A stretch of 54,965 nucleotides of DNA from a virus (taxonomy: Duplodnaviria; Caudoviricetes): positions 1-54,965 of the IMG/VR virus record IMGVR_UViG_3300036832_000602. One strand, 5' to 3'. The translations under genes and the position numbers were made by a program. Of the stretch, positions 37,530 through 46,831 are shown one piece after another. The notes below the pieces were generated by a model. That model made no database searches and was not told the DNA's origin. It saw nothing but the letters and a program-made list of their open reading frames with translations. Position 1 is the first letter of the stretch. Each line of letters opens with the position of its first letter.

Positions 37530-37598
37530 TAGTAACCATCCGTTCAAATAAAAATCGGGGTTTTATTCTCAGACGGGAATCGAAAGGAGAAACGGAAA

Positions 37599-38972
37599 AT
37601 GAGCATCGGACAACGGCCAGGGTCGGTACGGGACGAGGTGAAGGAAAAGGAGATGGCGGCAGCGATCACGGGGGAGCCGACCAACGCACAGGCACCGAAC
37701 CCTCCCATCTGCCCGCGCTGTCTCGGGCTGATACCGAGCAACGAGAACCCTGGCGCCTACCCAGGGGCATGGAGCCGGCGCTACCGCAAGCAGGAACTGG
37801 GGCGCTCCATCAACGACTCGACGCAGGTGTGCTCTGCGTGCGGCGACGAGGAGGCCATGCTGGAGGCGGCACTGATGATGAGCGAGCACGGGCAAACCAC
37901 CGGCCACAAGCTGGTGGACGAGCGCTGGCCGGTCGATACCGGTCGTGCCCCGGCACGTCGCATGGCAGCACACGGCAAAGGCGTCAGCCACAGGATCGGC
38001 AAGGCCATCCACCAGGATGGTGTCCTAGAAGTCAAGGAAACCAAGCGCTGGCCGCACCCACCTCACCCACGCGACGTTGCCGAGTGGCGCAACGATTTGA
38101 TGCATGCCTGGGCACCGGGAGGCATCCTCGCTGAGATCACGCCGGCACTGGCAACGTCAACCGGGCAGCATTTCGACCCTCAGTGGGAGTTCCACTCGCT
38201 CAAGGATGCCAGCCTGTGGTTTGTCGGCAAGGATATGTGCGACCTGCTGGACGGCGCCGCACCACAGCTACCCAACACTCCGCTTACCGACGACATCTGT
38301 CCGTTCCCCGAGGGGCTCGTCGTGTTCGAGAAGCCTCTCTTCGGCATCGATGCTCAGGGATCGGACCACGAGGTGGCGGTCGGTGCCTACCTGTGGGGGC
38401 GTTCGCTCTGGTCCGGCGACTACTCCCGCATGATCGGGATCACCGTCTACGGTCCGAACCCTTCTGCCCACCAGCGTCATCTAGTGCTCCCGCTGGGGCA
38501 ACTCATCTGGCCGTACGGGCACGGACCGGACGACGGGCTCGACTGGATGGTTGACAGGGATAGTCGTCCCGCCAACCTGACGCCGGCACAGAAAGCATCG
38601 ATGGCCGAGGATAGGCGGCGCCTGATGGCTCTGTGGTTGTTGTCTAGCCAGCCGGGGATCGCTCAGCATAGGGACTACATCGACCGGGCCACTGCCAAGC
38701 GGGAGCTACGCGCCGCAGAGAAGGCACGGCGCCGGCCGCTCGACAGCCGGGTACGGATCATCACACTGCGCCGGCCACCGCAACCGTCGTCGGACGCAGC
38801 CGGCAACCACGTCGATTGGCAGCATCACTGGATGGTTTCCGGGCACTGGCGCAAGCAGCCCTACGGTCCCGACCGCAGCCTGCGCCGGCCCAAGTACATC
38901 AACCCATACGTGAAGGGGGATCCAGACAAACCCTTCCTAGGAGGAGCAACAGTAAGGAGCTGGACCCGATGA
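37599..38972 (+). CDS. Hypothetical fusion: N-terminal zinc finger plus actinophage domain ending HW.VSGHWRKQ..G...R..YINPYVKG
   Basis: CPRC...CSAC; conserved C-terminal motif. Confidence 0.75.
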   Translation: MSIGQRPGSVRDEVKEKEMAAAITGEPTNAQAPNPPICPRCLGLIPSNENPGAYPGAWSRRYRKQELGRSINDSTQVCSACGDEEAMLEAALMMSEHGQTTGHKLVDERWPVDTGRAPARRMAAHGKGVSHRIGKAIHQDGVLEVKETKRWPHPPHPRDVAEWRNDLMHAWAPGGILAEITPALATSTGQHFDPQWEFHSLKDASLWFVGKDMCDLLDGAAPQLPNTPLTDDICPFPEGLVVFEKPLFGIDAQGSDHEVAVGAYLWGRSLWSGDYSRMIGITVYGPNPSAHQRHLVLPLGQLIWPYGHGPDDGLDWMVDRDSRPANLTPAQKASMAEDRRRLMALWLLSSQPGIAQHRDYIDRATAKRELRAAEKARRRPLDSRVRIITLRRPPQPSSDAAGNHVDWQHHWMVSGHWRKQPYGPDRSLRRPKYINPYVKGDPDKPFLGGATVRSWTR

Positions 38973-39241
38973 CGGCACACGATGACTACAACGAGGCGCT
39001 CGAGGAGCTGCACGAGGCAGAGGTTGCGTTAGCCAAGGCAATCGAGGACGAGGAGCCATCCCGAGAGCGAGCCGAGGAGGCGGAGAGGAAGCTGCGGGAG
39101 TACTACGAGGAGACAAGCGAGACCTTGAGCGAGTGGCGCGAGTACGAGCAGCAGCGTGTCCGAGCCAAGGGCAGGGTTACCAAGCTCAAGAAGAAGCTGG
39201 ACAGACTCGCACACGAGGCACTGGCTGAAAGTGCAGGATAG
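38969..39241 (+). CDS. Coiled-coil hypothetical protein
   Basis: ATGA coupling, AAGGAG SD. Confidence 0.7.
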   Translation: MTAHDDYNEALEELHEAEVALAKAIEDEEPSRERAEEAERKLREYYEETSETLSEWREYEQQRVRAKGRVTKLKKKLDRLAHEALAESAG

Positions 39242-39506
39242 CTGGTGGGATCGGATGAGGTGCTGGAACGGGCTCAGCGAATGCCAGCAGGAGAAGCTGG
39301 TCACCGTGGGCACGCTCGAGTTTGGCTACACACCAGAGGGCTGGTGCTCCAACAGAGCACAGGTGGGGATCGAGACCCGCTCCGACGAGGCGCCGGCTCC
39401 CCGGTTCTACTGCTACCCCTGTGGGATCGAGTACCTGCAGCGGAAGGCCAACCCGGCAGCGCCTACGTTTGTTGGCAGGGTCATGCAGTATCTAGGGCTG
39501 CGCTGA
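39231..39506 (+). CDS. Hypothetical Cys-containing protein
   Basis: ORF in operon; start uncertain. Confidence 0.55.
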   Translation: MQDSWWDRMRCWNGLSECQQEKLVTVGTLEFGYTPEGWCSNRAQVGIETRSDEAPAPRFYCYPCGIEYLQRKANPAAPTFVGRVMQYLGLR

Positions 39507-39541
39507 ACAGTTACAATCTAAGCAACCACGAAAGGGAGGAA

Positions 39542-39748
39542 ATGAAACTACCTACATGGGTACACAGGCGCGGACGGGAACTGGCAGCCGAGGTCGCGAA
39601 GTCAAGCGGCTTCGATACCTTTCAAAGCCCGGACGACGAGGAGCATGGAGTGTTCATACTCCGTGACGCCAACGCCAGCTACGGGAGATCGCAGGGGCTG
39701 GTAGCGATCGTCCCCATCGCCTACTTAAAAGCACTGGAAGAGAAGTAA
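39542..39748 (+). CDS. Hypothetical protein
   Basis: GGAGG SD. Confidence 0.65.
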   Translation: MKLPTWVHRRGRELAAEVAKSSGFDTFQSPDDEEHGVFILRDANASYGRSQGLVAIVPIAYLKALEEK

Positions 39749-39802
39749 CCAAACCAAACGGAGCCGAGATGGAAAAGGAAACTGAAATGGGAACAGAAAC
39801 TG

Positions 39803-40015
39803 ATGACAAGCAACCACCGCCCAAGCATGAGTGCAACGACCCAGGCTGCCCTGTCTGCCGTGGATTCCCGCCTCGAGGCCGAACCGTCTGAACTCGACAT
39901 CGCCATCCAGCGACTGGTGGACCAGGACCGGGTGCTGCGCTGGCGGGTACAACAACTGACCAGTGAGGTCCGTTACCTACGGGCGCAGCTCGCTGCGCTC
40001 GAGGCGGGACCATGA
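39803..40015 (+). CDS. Small coiled-coil protein
   Basis: A-rich leader upstream. Confidence 0.6.
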   Translation: MTSNHRPSMSATTQAALSAVDSRLEAEPSELDIAIQRLVDQDRVLRWRVQQLTSEVRYLRAQLAALEAGP

Positions 40016-40037
40016 GCAAACAACCAAAGGAGAAAAG

Positions 40038-40745
40038 ATGCTGAACTGGACAGATATATCAGAGAAGGACAAAAAACTAAGAGAAACGGAGGGTAAAGCA
40101 GCGGAAGCACTCTGCAAGCTGCGCTACGACAACACCATTGGACTCCGCGATCCAAAGCCTGGCTTCGCCCGCTATTCAAAGGAATGTGGCGTCACCCTTC
40201 AGCGGGTCCGTTCCGATGCCCTGGCGTGGGAGCTGAAAAGTAACTCCCGGGAGTTACTTTCGATCGGTGAGGCACGGCTACGAGTGAGCGCGAGTGCCGA
40301 ACAGGCAGACGTTATCGATGTCGTCGCCAAGGCGAAGGGGATCGCCCCGAAGACGGTGCAGAACTGGCACCGTGACGAGGTGAGCGCAGTACGAATGGTC
40401 GCACGCGAGCGAGCCGAGAAGTCTGGGAGGTCCGTCCGCGACGAGGCCGAGGACGTTGTCGCCTTCGGACAGAAGAAAGCACGCTCGGATGCCGAGCGGC
40501 GGGAGCGAGACCGTGCTGCGCGCACCTGGCAGTGGATCGAACTTGAAGGCTGCCTCGCTAATGCAAAGCGTTATCTGCAAAAGGCGGCGAGGGTGGATGC
40601 CGACTGGAAAGAGGATGACCGAGAAATGATCTCGCATTCTCTTGAGCAGCTTGAGTCGCTTATCAAGCTCATCAGGGCACACGTCATGGGTGCCGAGAAC
40701 ATCGACTGGGACGCCGAACTCGCGAAGCTCGGAGGGGAAGCATGA
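40038..40745 (+). CDS. Hypothetical helical protein with HTH-like segments
   Basis: AAGGAG SD; coupled to the next gene. Confidence 0.75.
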   Translation: MLNWTDISEKDKKLRETEGKAAEALCKLRYDNTIGLRDPKPGFARYSKECGVTLQRVRSDALAWELKSNSRELLSIGEARLRVSASAEQADVIDVVAKAKGIAPKTVQNWHRDEVSAVRMVARERAEKSGRSVRDEAEDVVAFGQKKARSDAERRERDRAARTWQWIELEGCLANAKRYLQKAARVDADWKEDDREMISHSLEQLESLIKLIRAHVMGAENIDWDAELAKLGGEA

Positions 40746-41182
40746 ATCGCGAACAGCAGCAGAAGCTGCAAAACAGGCGCATCACCCAACTCGTCACTTA
40801 CATATCCGACAATCCTGACGGTGTTACAGTTGATGGAATGCAAGCAGAGTTGGGACTCGATTACAGTACGACTCGCAAGCTGATTCATGCCGTACGGATA
40901 TATCTGCGAGACAGTGGCTTCGACCTTTGCTGCAATCCTTCGACTATACGGCGTGGCCGTTGGATCTACTACTTCACTGGCGATTGGCAGGAAGGAAATC
41001 AGTGGCTCTCCTTCCGTCTACGAGACACACAGGGACGAATCAAAACTGTCGAGGCCGTCATGACGGCGTTATTTTCAAAGCTCGACGGACGCTCATCCGA
41101 GGGGAGAGCAGCGAAGCGATGCCTTATAAGCGTACGTCACCTCGAAGAGAATCTTGACGTTCTGGTCGAAGAGTTCGTCTAA
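40742..41182 (+). CDS. Winged-helix-like hypothetical protein
   Basis: PDGVTVDGMQAELGLDYSTTRKLI; ATGA coupling; lower GC. Confidence 0.7.
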   Translation: MNREQQQKLQNRRITQLVTYISDNPDGVTVDGMQAELGLDYSTTRKLIHAVRIYLRDSGFDLCCNPSTIRRGRWIYYFTGDWQEGNQWLSFRLRDTQGRIKTVEAVMTALFSKLDGRSSEGRAAKRCLISVRHLEENLDVLVEEFV

Positions 41183-41205
41183 GCCGAGCCGAGATTCCTA
41201 GCGTG

Positions 41206-41238
41206 AGCCACCCTCCGGCTGGGAACCGGAGGGTGGCT
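41206..41238 (+). terminator. Hairpin / putative terminator
   Basis: 13-bp perfect stem AGCCACCCTCCGG/CCGGAGGGTGGCT. Confidence 0.65.
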
Positions 41239-41266
41239 GCGACTGCCTAACAAGGAGGCCAGTCAC

Positions 41267-41497
41267 GTGAAACAGTCTGCCACCACTACACCTAGCGTTG
41301 CCACCAAAGCAGTCGCGCTCACCCACGTCAAGGACACGGCCCGCGCTGCACACGAGGCACAGCAGATCTATGACTCGCTACTGGAGCGGCGCAACGAGGC
41401 GATCCGCAAGGCAGCCGAGGCAGGACTCAGCACTGCTGCCATCGCCAAGGCTGCCAAGATGTCCACCACCCGAGTGAACGGAATCATTCACGGATGA
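41267..41497 (+). CDS. Small HTH DNA-binding protein
   Basis: RNEAIRKAAEAGLSTAAIAKAAKMSTTRV; AAGGAGG SD. Confidence 0.75.
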   Translation: MKQSATTTPSVATKAVALTHVKDTARAAHEAQQIYDSLLERRNEAIRKAAEAGLSTAAIAKAAKMSTTRVNGIIHG

Positions 41498-41883
41498 TCC
41501 TGATAACCACGGGTAGTTACCAAGCGAAGATCAGGTTTGCCTACGACCCCGAGGTAGTCGCCCTTGTCAAAGCCGTCCCTGACAGGAGCTGGCATCCTGA
41601 CGGCAAATACTGGACGATCGATGTCGACCTTGTCCGTGCCCTGGCTGCCAGCCTGTACAAGGCCGGACGGCAAGTGTTCATCGACGGGGAACTGTTCGAG
41701 CTGAAGCAGGCAGCAGTAGCGCCGGAAGGCATCGGAAATATCCTCATCGCCCTGTTTGATGAGGTACCTGATGATCTGCGGGTTGGCACCTTCCGCGCCC
41801 TGGCACGTGCCTGGCACCCCGACGTCGGAGGCGACACGGTGCTCATGCAGCAACTCAACCTCGCCGTCGAGTCAACCAAATGA
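41494..41883 (+). CDS. HARP-like domain plus minimal J-domain protein
   Basis: FAYDPEVVALVKAVPDRSWHPDGKYW; FRALARAWHPDVGGD..LMQQLN. Confidence 0.7.
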   Translation: MILITTGSYQAKIRFAYDPEVVALVKAVPDRSWHPDGKYWTIDVDLVRALAASLYKAGRQVFIDGELFELKQAAVAPEGIGNILIALFDEVPDDLRVGTFRALARAWHPDVGGDTVLMQQLNLAVESTK

Positions 41884-42260
41884 GCCGGGGGCTGGGCCGG
41901 CGCGAGCAGCAGATCCTGCGAGCCTGCCGACACGCTGCCACCGAGCAAACCATTGAGTCCTGGTGGGTGTCGATCCGTGAGCTTGTGGTTGCGGAAGATC
42001 AACACTTACGGCACACGCAGTACGTGTCGTTCCTGCGTGCGGCGCGCTCGCTCGTTGCCAAGGGCTGGGTCGAGGAGGGCGAGGTCTGGGCCACGATCCC
42101 CGTTGTCGGCTTGGTCGGCGCAGTCTCACGGGAACGCAAGCTGCTCGCAGTCCGCTCCGTGCTGACGCCGGAGCAGCAGGAGATCGAGGACGCCCACAAA
42201 GCCGAGCTGGCCGAGCGTCGGCGCCGTATCGTTGCCGAGCTGAAAGCTAAGGCAGTTTAG
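41880..42260 (+). CDS. Hypothetical protein (wHTH-like)
   Basis: MSRGLGR..Q.IL...RA.RSL..KG.V. Confidence 0.7.
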   Translation: MSRGLGRREQQILRACRHAATEQTIESWWVSIRELVVAEDQHLRHTQYVSFLRAARSLVAKGWVEEGEVWATIPVVGLVGAVSRERKLLAVRSVLTPEQQEIEDAHKAELAERRRRIVAELKAKAV

Positions 42261-42269
42261 GGCTGGAGG

Positions 42270-42530
42270 GTGAAGGTGTTGTTCAGAAGGGAGGACGTAC
42301 AGGCGTTCATCAGGATCTTGGCTGAGCAAGACAAGCGCATCGCCAAGCTGGAAGAAGTTGTCAACAGCCTATTGACGACCGGATATCAGCGTTGGGCACC
42401 TCCAGCGCAGTACGCTCCCCAGCAGCCGGTGCTGTTCGACCAGGAGCTGGAGGACCCCGATGCAGAAGGTGAGGCGCAGCCCAGAGGAATTGAAGATGGC
42501 AGTCCAGCAACTGGAGAGCCTGGGTTATAG
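42270..42530 (+). CDS. Hypothetical protein
   Basis: GGAGG SD. Confidence 0.55.
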   Translation: MKVLFRREDVQAFIRILAEQDKRIAKLEEVVNSLLTTGYQRWAPPAQYAPQQPVLFDQELEDPDAEGEAQPRGIEDGSPATGEPGL

Positions 42531-42750
42531 GGTAACTGACGACTGGAAGCGGGGGCTGACGGCACTCGAAGGGCTGGACGTGCTCGTGTCGGGATCCCTC
42601 GGTACAGCCACCTACTATGCAGCATCACTGTTCGACTGGGCCGAGATTTCGCACACCAGGGACAGGGTAGAGGGTGTAGTGCAGTACAAAGGCAGCCCAT
42701 TGCTGCTAACCTTTTGGAAAGACAAAAGCGGAAAAGAGAAACGGGAATGA
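42460..42750 (+). CDS. Hypothetical protein
   Basis: GGAGG SD; stop overlaps next start. Confidence 0.55.
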   Translation: MQKVRRSPEELKMAVQQLESLGYRVTDDWKRGLTALEGLDVLVSGSLGTATYYAASLFDWAEISHTRDRVEGVVQYKGSPLLLTFWKDKSGKEKRE

Positions 42751-43208
42751 GATTGAACTTCAACGAGGAACAGGGTACAACTGAGTTCATAGACGAGGCG
42801 ATCGTCTACAGAACGGAGAGCAAGAGCGAGCCTGGTTACTACCACTACACACTCAGGTTCCGCAACGGCGACATCGTATGTTCATGCAAAGGCTTCCAGT
42901 ATGGTGAGAAGTGCTGGCACATGGACCGCTTCGAGATGGACGGCAACGGCTACCGCATCCTGCAGGGCTGGGAAGGACCTACTACCAGGAACCAGGCGCT
43001 CGTGCTGGGGGTGCTGAGCAAGCACCCAGCAACCGCACGGGACAAGGACTTCTGGCCGCTCAACTACAACCAGGTACGCGGACTGCTAACCCGGCTGCGC
43101 GCTCGAGAGTTCGTAACGCAGACCGGCTTCTCCCACTCGAGCCACATCTACTCGATCACACCGCAGGGGATGGAGGCGCTCCGTGCCTACGGAGTAACGG
43201 ACAAGTGA
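42747..43208 (+). CDS. SWIM zinc finger plus winged-helix protein
   Basis: CSCKGFQYGEKCWH; LTRLRAREFV...YSITPQG. Confidence 0.8.
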   Translation: MRLNFNEEQGTTEFIDEAIVYRTESKSEPGYYHYTLRFRNGDIVCSCKGFQYGEKCWHMDRFEMDGNGYRILQGWEGPTTRNQALVLGVLSKHPATARDKDFWPLNYNQVRGLLTRLRAREFVTQTGFSHSSHIYSITPQGMEALRAYGVTDK

Positions 43209-44569
43209 GCCTCTACCCGTTCCAGCAGGAGGACGTCAGTTACCTACAGGATCAGGCGAGCGCTCTGATTGCCAACGAGATGGGCACCGGCAAAACTTTC
43301 GAGGCCATCGCCCGTGACGCCGAGCTACGCAGGCCGTTCGGGTTCTCAGCCCCGACGCTGGTCGTGGCCCCGCTGGTCACGCTCGAGTCCGTGTGGCAGC
43401 GGCACTTCGAGGAGCTGACCAGCCTGTCGGTGGTGGCGCTCGATCCCCGCAGCCGTAACCAAACGTGGAACGACTGGAAGGAGGCCGGAGGCGACGTCTT
43501 CCTGGCGCACTGGGAGGCACTCCGCTTGATGCCGCAGCTAACGGAGATCAAGTGGGGGCACATCATCGCTGACGAGTGCCACCGGATGAAGAACCGGCGC
43601 GCCCAGCAGACACGGGCGCTGAAGGCGATCCCCGCCTACAACAAGACTGCCATGTCCGGCACCCCTGTGGTCAACCGGCCCGACGAGCTATGGAGCATCC
43701 TCAACTGGCTGTGGCCACGTGAGTACTCGTCGTACTGGCGCTTCTTCAACAGATACGTCGCCACTGAGGTTGACTTCGCAGCCGGCCGGCAGTTCCGCAA
43801 GGTGATTGGTCCGAAGAACGTGGACAAGCTGCAAGCAGCAGTCAAGCCATTCTACGTGCGCCGGTTGAAGACGGAGGTGCTGCCCGAGCTACCGGAGAAG
43901 TACCACACCGAGATCCGGGTCACCCTCACACCGCAGCAACGCAAAGCCTACAACACCATGCGCGACGAGATGATCGCCTGGATCGGGGAGCAGGAGGAGG
44001 ACGTGCTGCCCGCCCCTGTGGTTGTAGCGCAGTTGACCCGCCTGCAGCAGTTCGCCTGCGCCTACGCCGAGATGGACGACCAGGGACGGGTCCGGCTGTC
44101 GGAACCATCGTCCAAGCTCGACGCGCTCATGGATGTGCTGGACGAGGCCGGCAGCGAGTCGGTGGTTGTATTCTCCCGGTTCCGCAGCCTGATCGACCTG
44201 CTCGTAGTGCGGCTGACGAAGGCTGGCATCAGCCACGTCGCCTTCACAGGCGACACACCACAGGCCCACCGTGCCCACCTGGTAGACCAGTTCCAGGACG
44301 GGCACGCACGCGTGTTCGCCGGCACCATCGGAGCCGGTGGCGTAGGTCTGACGCTTACCGCCGCCAGTACGGTCGTGTTCATCGACCGGGAATGGTCGCC
44401 GGCTGCGAACGGGCAGGCCGAGGACCGACTCCACAGGATCGGCCAGCAGAACGCCGTCAACGTCATCGACGTCATCGCCCGCAACACCGTGGAACCGAAG
44501 AAGATGCGAACACTGGAAACCAAACGGGACTGGATCCGGCGCATGCTGGGAGATCAGTATGAGGGATGA
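43205..44569 (+). CDS. SNF2-family (SF2) helicase/ATPase
   Basis: LYPFQ, NEMGTGKT, DECH, SGTP..N, GVGLTLT, QAEDRLHRIGQ. Confidence 0.93.
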   Translation: MSLYPFQQEDVSYLQDQASALIANEMGTGKTFEAIARDAELRRPFGFSAPTLVVAPLVTLESVWQRHFEELTSLSVVALDPRSRNQTWNDWKEAGGDVFLAHWEALRLMPQLTEIKWGHIIADECHRMKNRRAQQTRALKAIPAYNKTAMSGTPVVNRPDELWSILNWLWPREYSSYWRFFNRYVATEVDFAAGRQFRKVIGPKNVDKLQAAVKPFYVRRLKTEVLPELPEKYHTEIRVTLTPQQRKAYNTMRDEMIAWIGEQEEDVLPAPVVVAQLTRLQQFACAYAEMDDQGRVRLSEPSSKLDALMDVLDEAGSESVVVFSRFRSLIDLLVVRLTKAGISHVAFTGDTPQAHRAHLVDQFQDGHARVFAGTIGAGGVGLTLTAASTVVFIDREWSPAANGQAEDRLHRIGQQNAVNVIDVIARNTVEPKKMRTLETKRDWIRRMLGDQYEG

Positions 44570-45044
44570 TCTCATAGAGTTGTCATTCGGCAGCATTCGC
44601 CGGTCTCTCTTTGAGGAGAAGGTGCGCCACGAACCGTCAGGATGCCACCGGTGGACTGCGGCCATGGATAATACCGGTTATGGTCGGATAAGGCTCAGTC
44701 AACCTCGCAAGGCTGGGCTCGCTCATAGAGTTTCATATGAGCTGTACAAGGGTCCTATACCTGAAGGTAAGGAGCTTGACCACCTGTGCCACAACCGCTG
44801 GTGTGTCAATCCAGAACACCTGGACCTTGTAACTCATGCAGAAAATATGCATAGGTACGCTCTATTGTGTAAGAGAAAAGAAGCCTGTAAGCATGGGCAC
44901 CGGCTCTCCGATAAGAACCGCTACAACAGAGGTAGAGCCTGCAAATACTGCATGTACGTGAGGGGTGCTTTACGTGATGGACATGCCTGTAAGTCGTTCG
45001 AGGACTGGCTACTGATGCAAGGGGGTGGTGATGCAGACGATTAG
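44559..45044 (+). CDS. HNH homing endonuclease
   Basis: GCHRWT, AHRVSY...GPIP..LDHLCHNRWCVNPEHL..VT..EN, CKHGH. Confidence 0.9.
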   Translation: MRDDLIELSFGSIRRSLFEEKVRHEPSGCHRWTAAMDNTGYGRIRLSQPRKAGLAHRVSYELYKGPIPEGKELDHLCHNRWCVNPEHLDLVTHAENMHRYALLCKRKEACKHGHRLSDKNRYNRGRACKYCMYVRGALRDGHACKSFEDWLLMQGGGDADD

Positions 45045-46023
45045 GACTAGCGACCGCGGCTACTTCAAGCGCTGCCGGCAGCTCTGGAACTGGACATCAG
45101 TACTACGGGAGAACCTCGAGCCGTACCAGCGGGTGGAGGCTCTCGACTTAGGCACCGCCATCCACGCTGCGCTCGAGTCGTACTACAACCCGGACCGCTG
45201 GGGAGACTACGCCGCCATGGAGCAGGAGGCTACCAACGCCTTCCTGGCGTTCGTTGCCGAGGTCGAGGAACTGGTGCAGGAGGCGCCGATAGACATCGAG
45301 ATCGACTTCGAGGCACAGAAGGAACTGGGCCTGGGAATGCTTCACCACTACTTCCGCTGGGCACCGAACCACGACGACTTCACGCCGGTACGGGTCGAGG
45401 TGGAGTTCGAGGTGCCAATCCCCGCACTGCCGGAAGCCGTCTACCAGGGACGGGTCGACCTGCTAGCTGAAGATGAGCACGGCCTGTGGATCGTGGACCA
45501 CAAGACGGCCGGGCAGTTCGGCGCTACCGAGTGGCTCGTGCTCGATGACCAGTGCAGCAGCTACGCGTGGGCACTGCGCAAGCAGCTCGGGTTGGAGGTG
45601 CGCGGCGTGATCTACAACGAGCTACGCAAGAAGGCTCCGCACAAACCGCTGATCCTGAAGAACGGCACGCTGTCGTTGAACAAGAGTCAAGAGACAACCT
45701 ATGAGCTGTACATGGAGATGATCAGCGAACTGGGACTCAGCATCGGGGACTACGACGGCATACTCGAGTACCTGCTGTCGCAGAACGACCGTTACTTCAG
45801 GCGTACACGGGTCACTTTCAACCCACAGATGCTGCAACTGGTAGAGCAGCGGATCCTCTTAGAGGCCCACGAGATGATCGATGACCCCGCCATTTACCCT
45901 ACACCTTCCCGGTTCAACTGCACCGGCTGTCGCTTCTTTGCCCCTTGCGTTGCGTTGCAGGAAGGTGCAGACTACACGGCAATCCTTAATGAAAACTACG
46001 AACGGAGAACTGGAAATGGCTGA
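45031..46023 (+). CDS. Cas4/RecB-like PD-(D/E)xK exonuclease
   Basis: FKRCR, GTAIH, GRVDLL, IVDHKT, CTGC.F..PC. Confidence 0.88.
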   Translation: MQTIRTSDRGYFKRCRQLWNWTSVLRENLEPYQRVEALDLGTAIHAALESYYNPDRWGDYAAMEQEATNAFLAFVAEVEELVQEAPIDIEIDFEAQKELGLGMLHHYFRWAPNHDDFTPVRVEVEFEVPIPALPEAVYQGRVDLLAEDEHGLWIVDHKTAGQFGATEWLVLDDQCSSYAWALRKQLGLEVRGVIYNELRKKAPHKPLILKNGTLSLNKSQETTYELYMEMISELGLSIGDYDGILEYLLSQNDRYFRRTRVTFNPQMLQLVEQRILLEAHEMIDDPAIYPTPSRFNCTGCRFFAPCVALQEGADYTAILNENYERRTGNG

Positions 46024-46831
46024 TATAGAGACGCTAGTCGTAGTGCCACCAGCAGCGAACCCACCACTCACGGCGCGAACCATCGCCGGCCTGCGGGTCG
46101 GAGCACCAGGCGAGTTCGACTGGCTCAACCTGCTGGTCTACGGCGAGCCGGGCGTGGGCAAGACCCGCCTGGCTGGCTCGAGCGTGCTCGTGCCTGAGAT
46201 GTGCCCGGTGCTGCTGATCGACGCCGAGGCGGGAGCGCTCTCCCTGGCCGGGGACATGCGGGAAGTGGACGTGGTACGGGTCACGGGCTGGGAGCAGATC
46301 GACCGGATCTACGGTAACCTGTTCGATTCCAACCCTTACCGCACCGTGGTGGTGGACAGCCTCAGCGAGCTGCAGAAGCAGTCGATGCGGGGCATCATGA
46401 ACGCCGTCGTGCTCAAGGACCCGGACCGGGACGCCGACGTAGCTGGGCTGCGGGAGTGGGGCAAGAACGGCGAGCAGGTACGCCGAGCCGTGCGTGCCTT
46501 CCGTGACCTGCCCTGCAACACGATATTCACAGCCCTTGTGGACGAAACCCGTGACGAGCGTACCGGTATCACCAGGCTGCGGCCTGGGCTGCCGGGCAAG
46601 CTGAAGGGTGAGGTCGCCGGTTACGTCGACATCGTCCTGTACATGTACCAGAAGGAGGTGCTGACAACGGCAAAGGAAAGGGAAACAAAGACCTTGGTAT
46701 TGACACAGGGAACGGAAAGGCAGGTGGCAAAGGACAGAAGCGGAACCCTACCAATAACAATGGAAGCTCCAACCATGAAAACGATATTTGACAACGTGAA
46801 AGGTACAAAAAATGAGAATCAATCTGACTGA
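46016..46831 (+). CDS. AAA_24 / Sak4-like ATPase (recombinase/annealase)
   Basis: VYGEPGVGKT, IDAEAG, VVVDSLS, AKDR. Confidence 0.88.
   Translation: MADIETLVVVPPAANPPLTARTIAGLRVGAPGEFDWLNLLVYGEPGVGKTRLAGSSVLVPEMCPVLLIDAEAGALSLAGDMREVDVVRVTGWEQIDRIYGNLFDSNPYRTVVVDSLSELQKQSMRGIMNAVVLKDPDRDADVAGLREWGKNGEQVRRAVRAFRDLPCNTIFTALVDETRDERTGITRLRPGLPGKLKGEVAGYVDIVLYMYQKEVLTTAKERETKTLVLTQGTERQVAKDRSGTLPITMEAPTMKTIFDNVKGTKNENQSD

Noticed and set aside
45031-46023. Cas4 as part of a CRISPR system
   Set aside because: It sits in the standard exonuclease-Sak4-SSB recombination module
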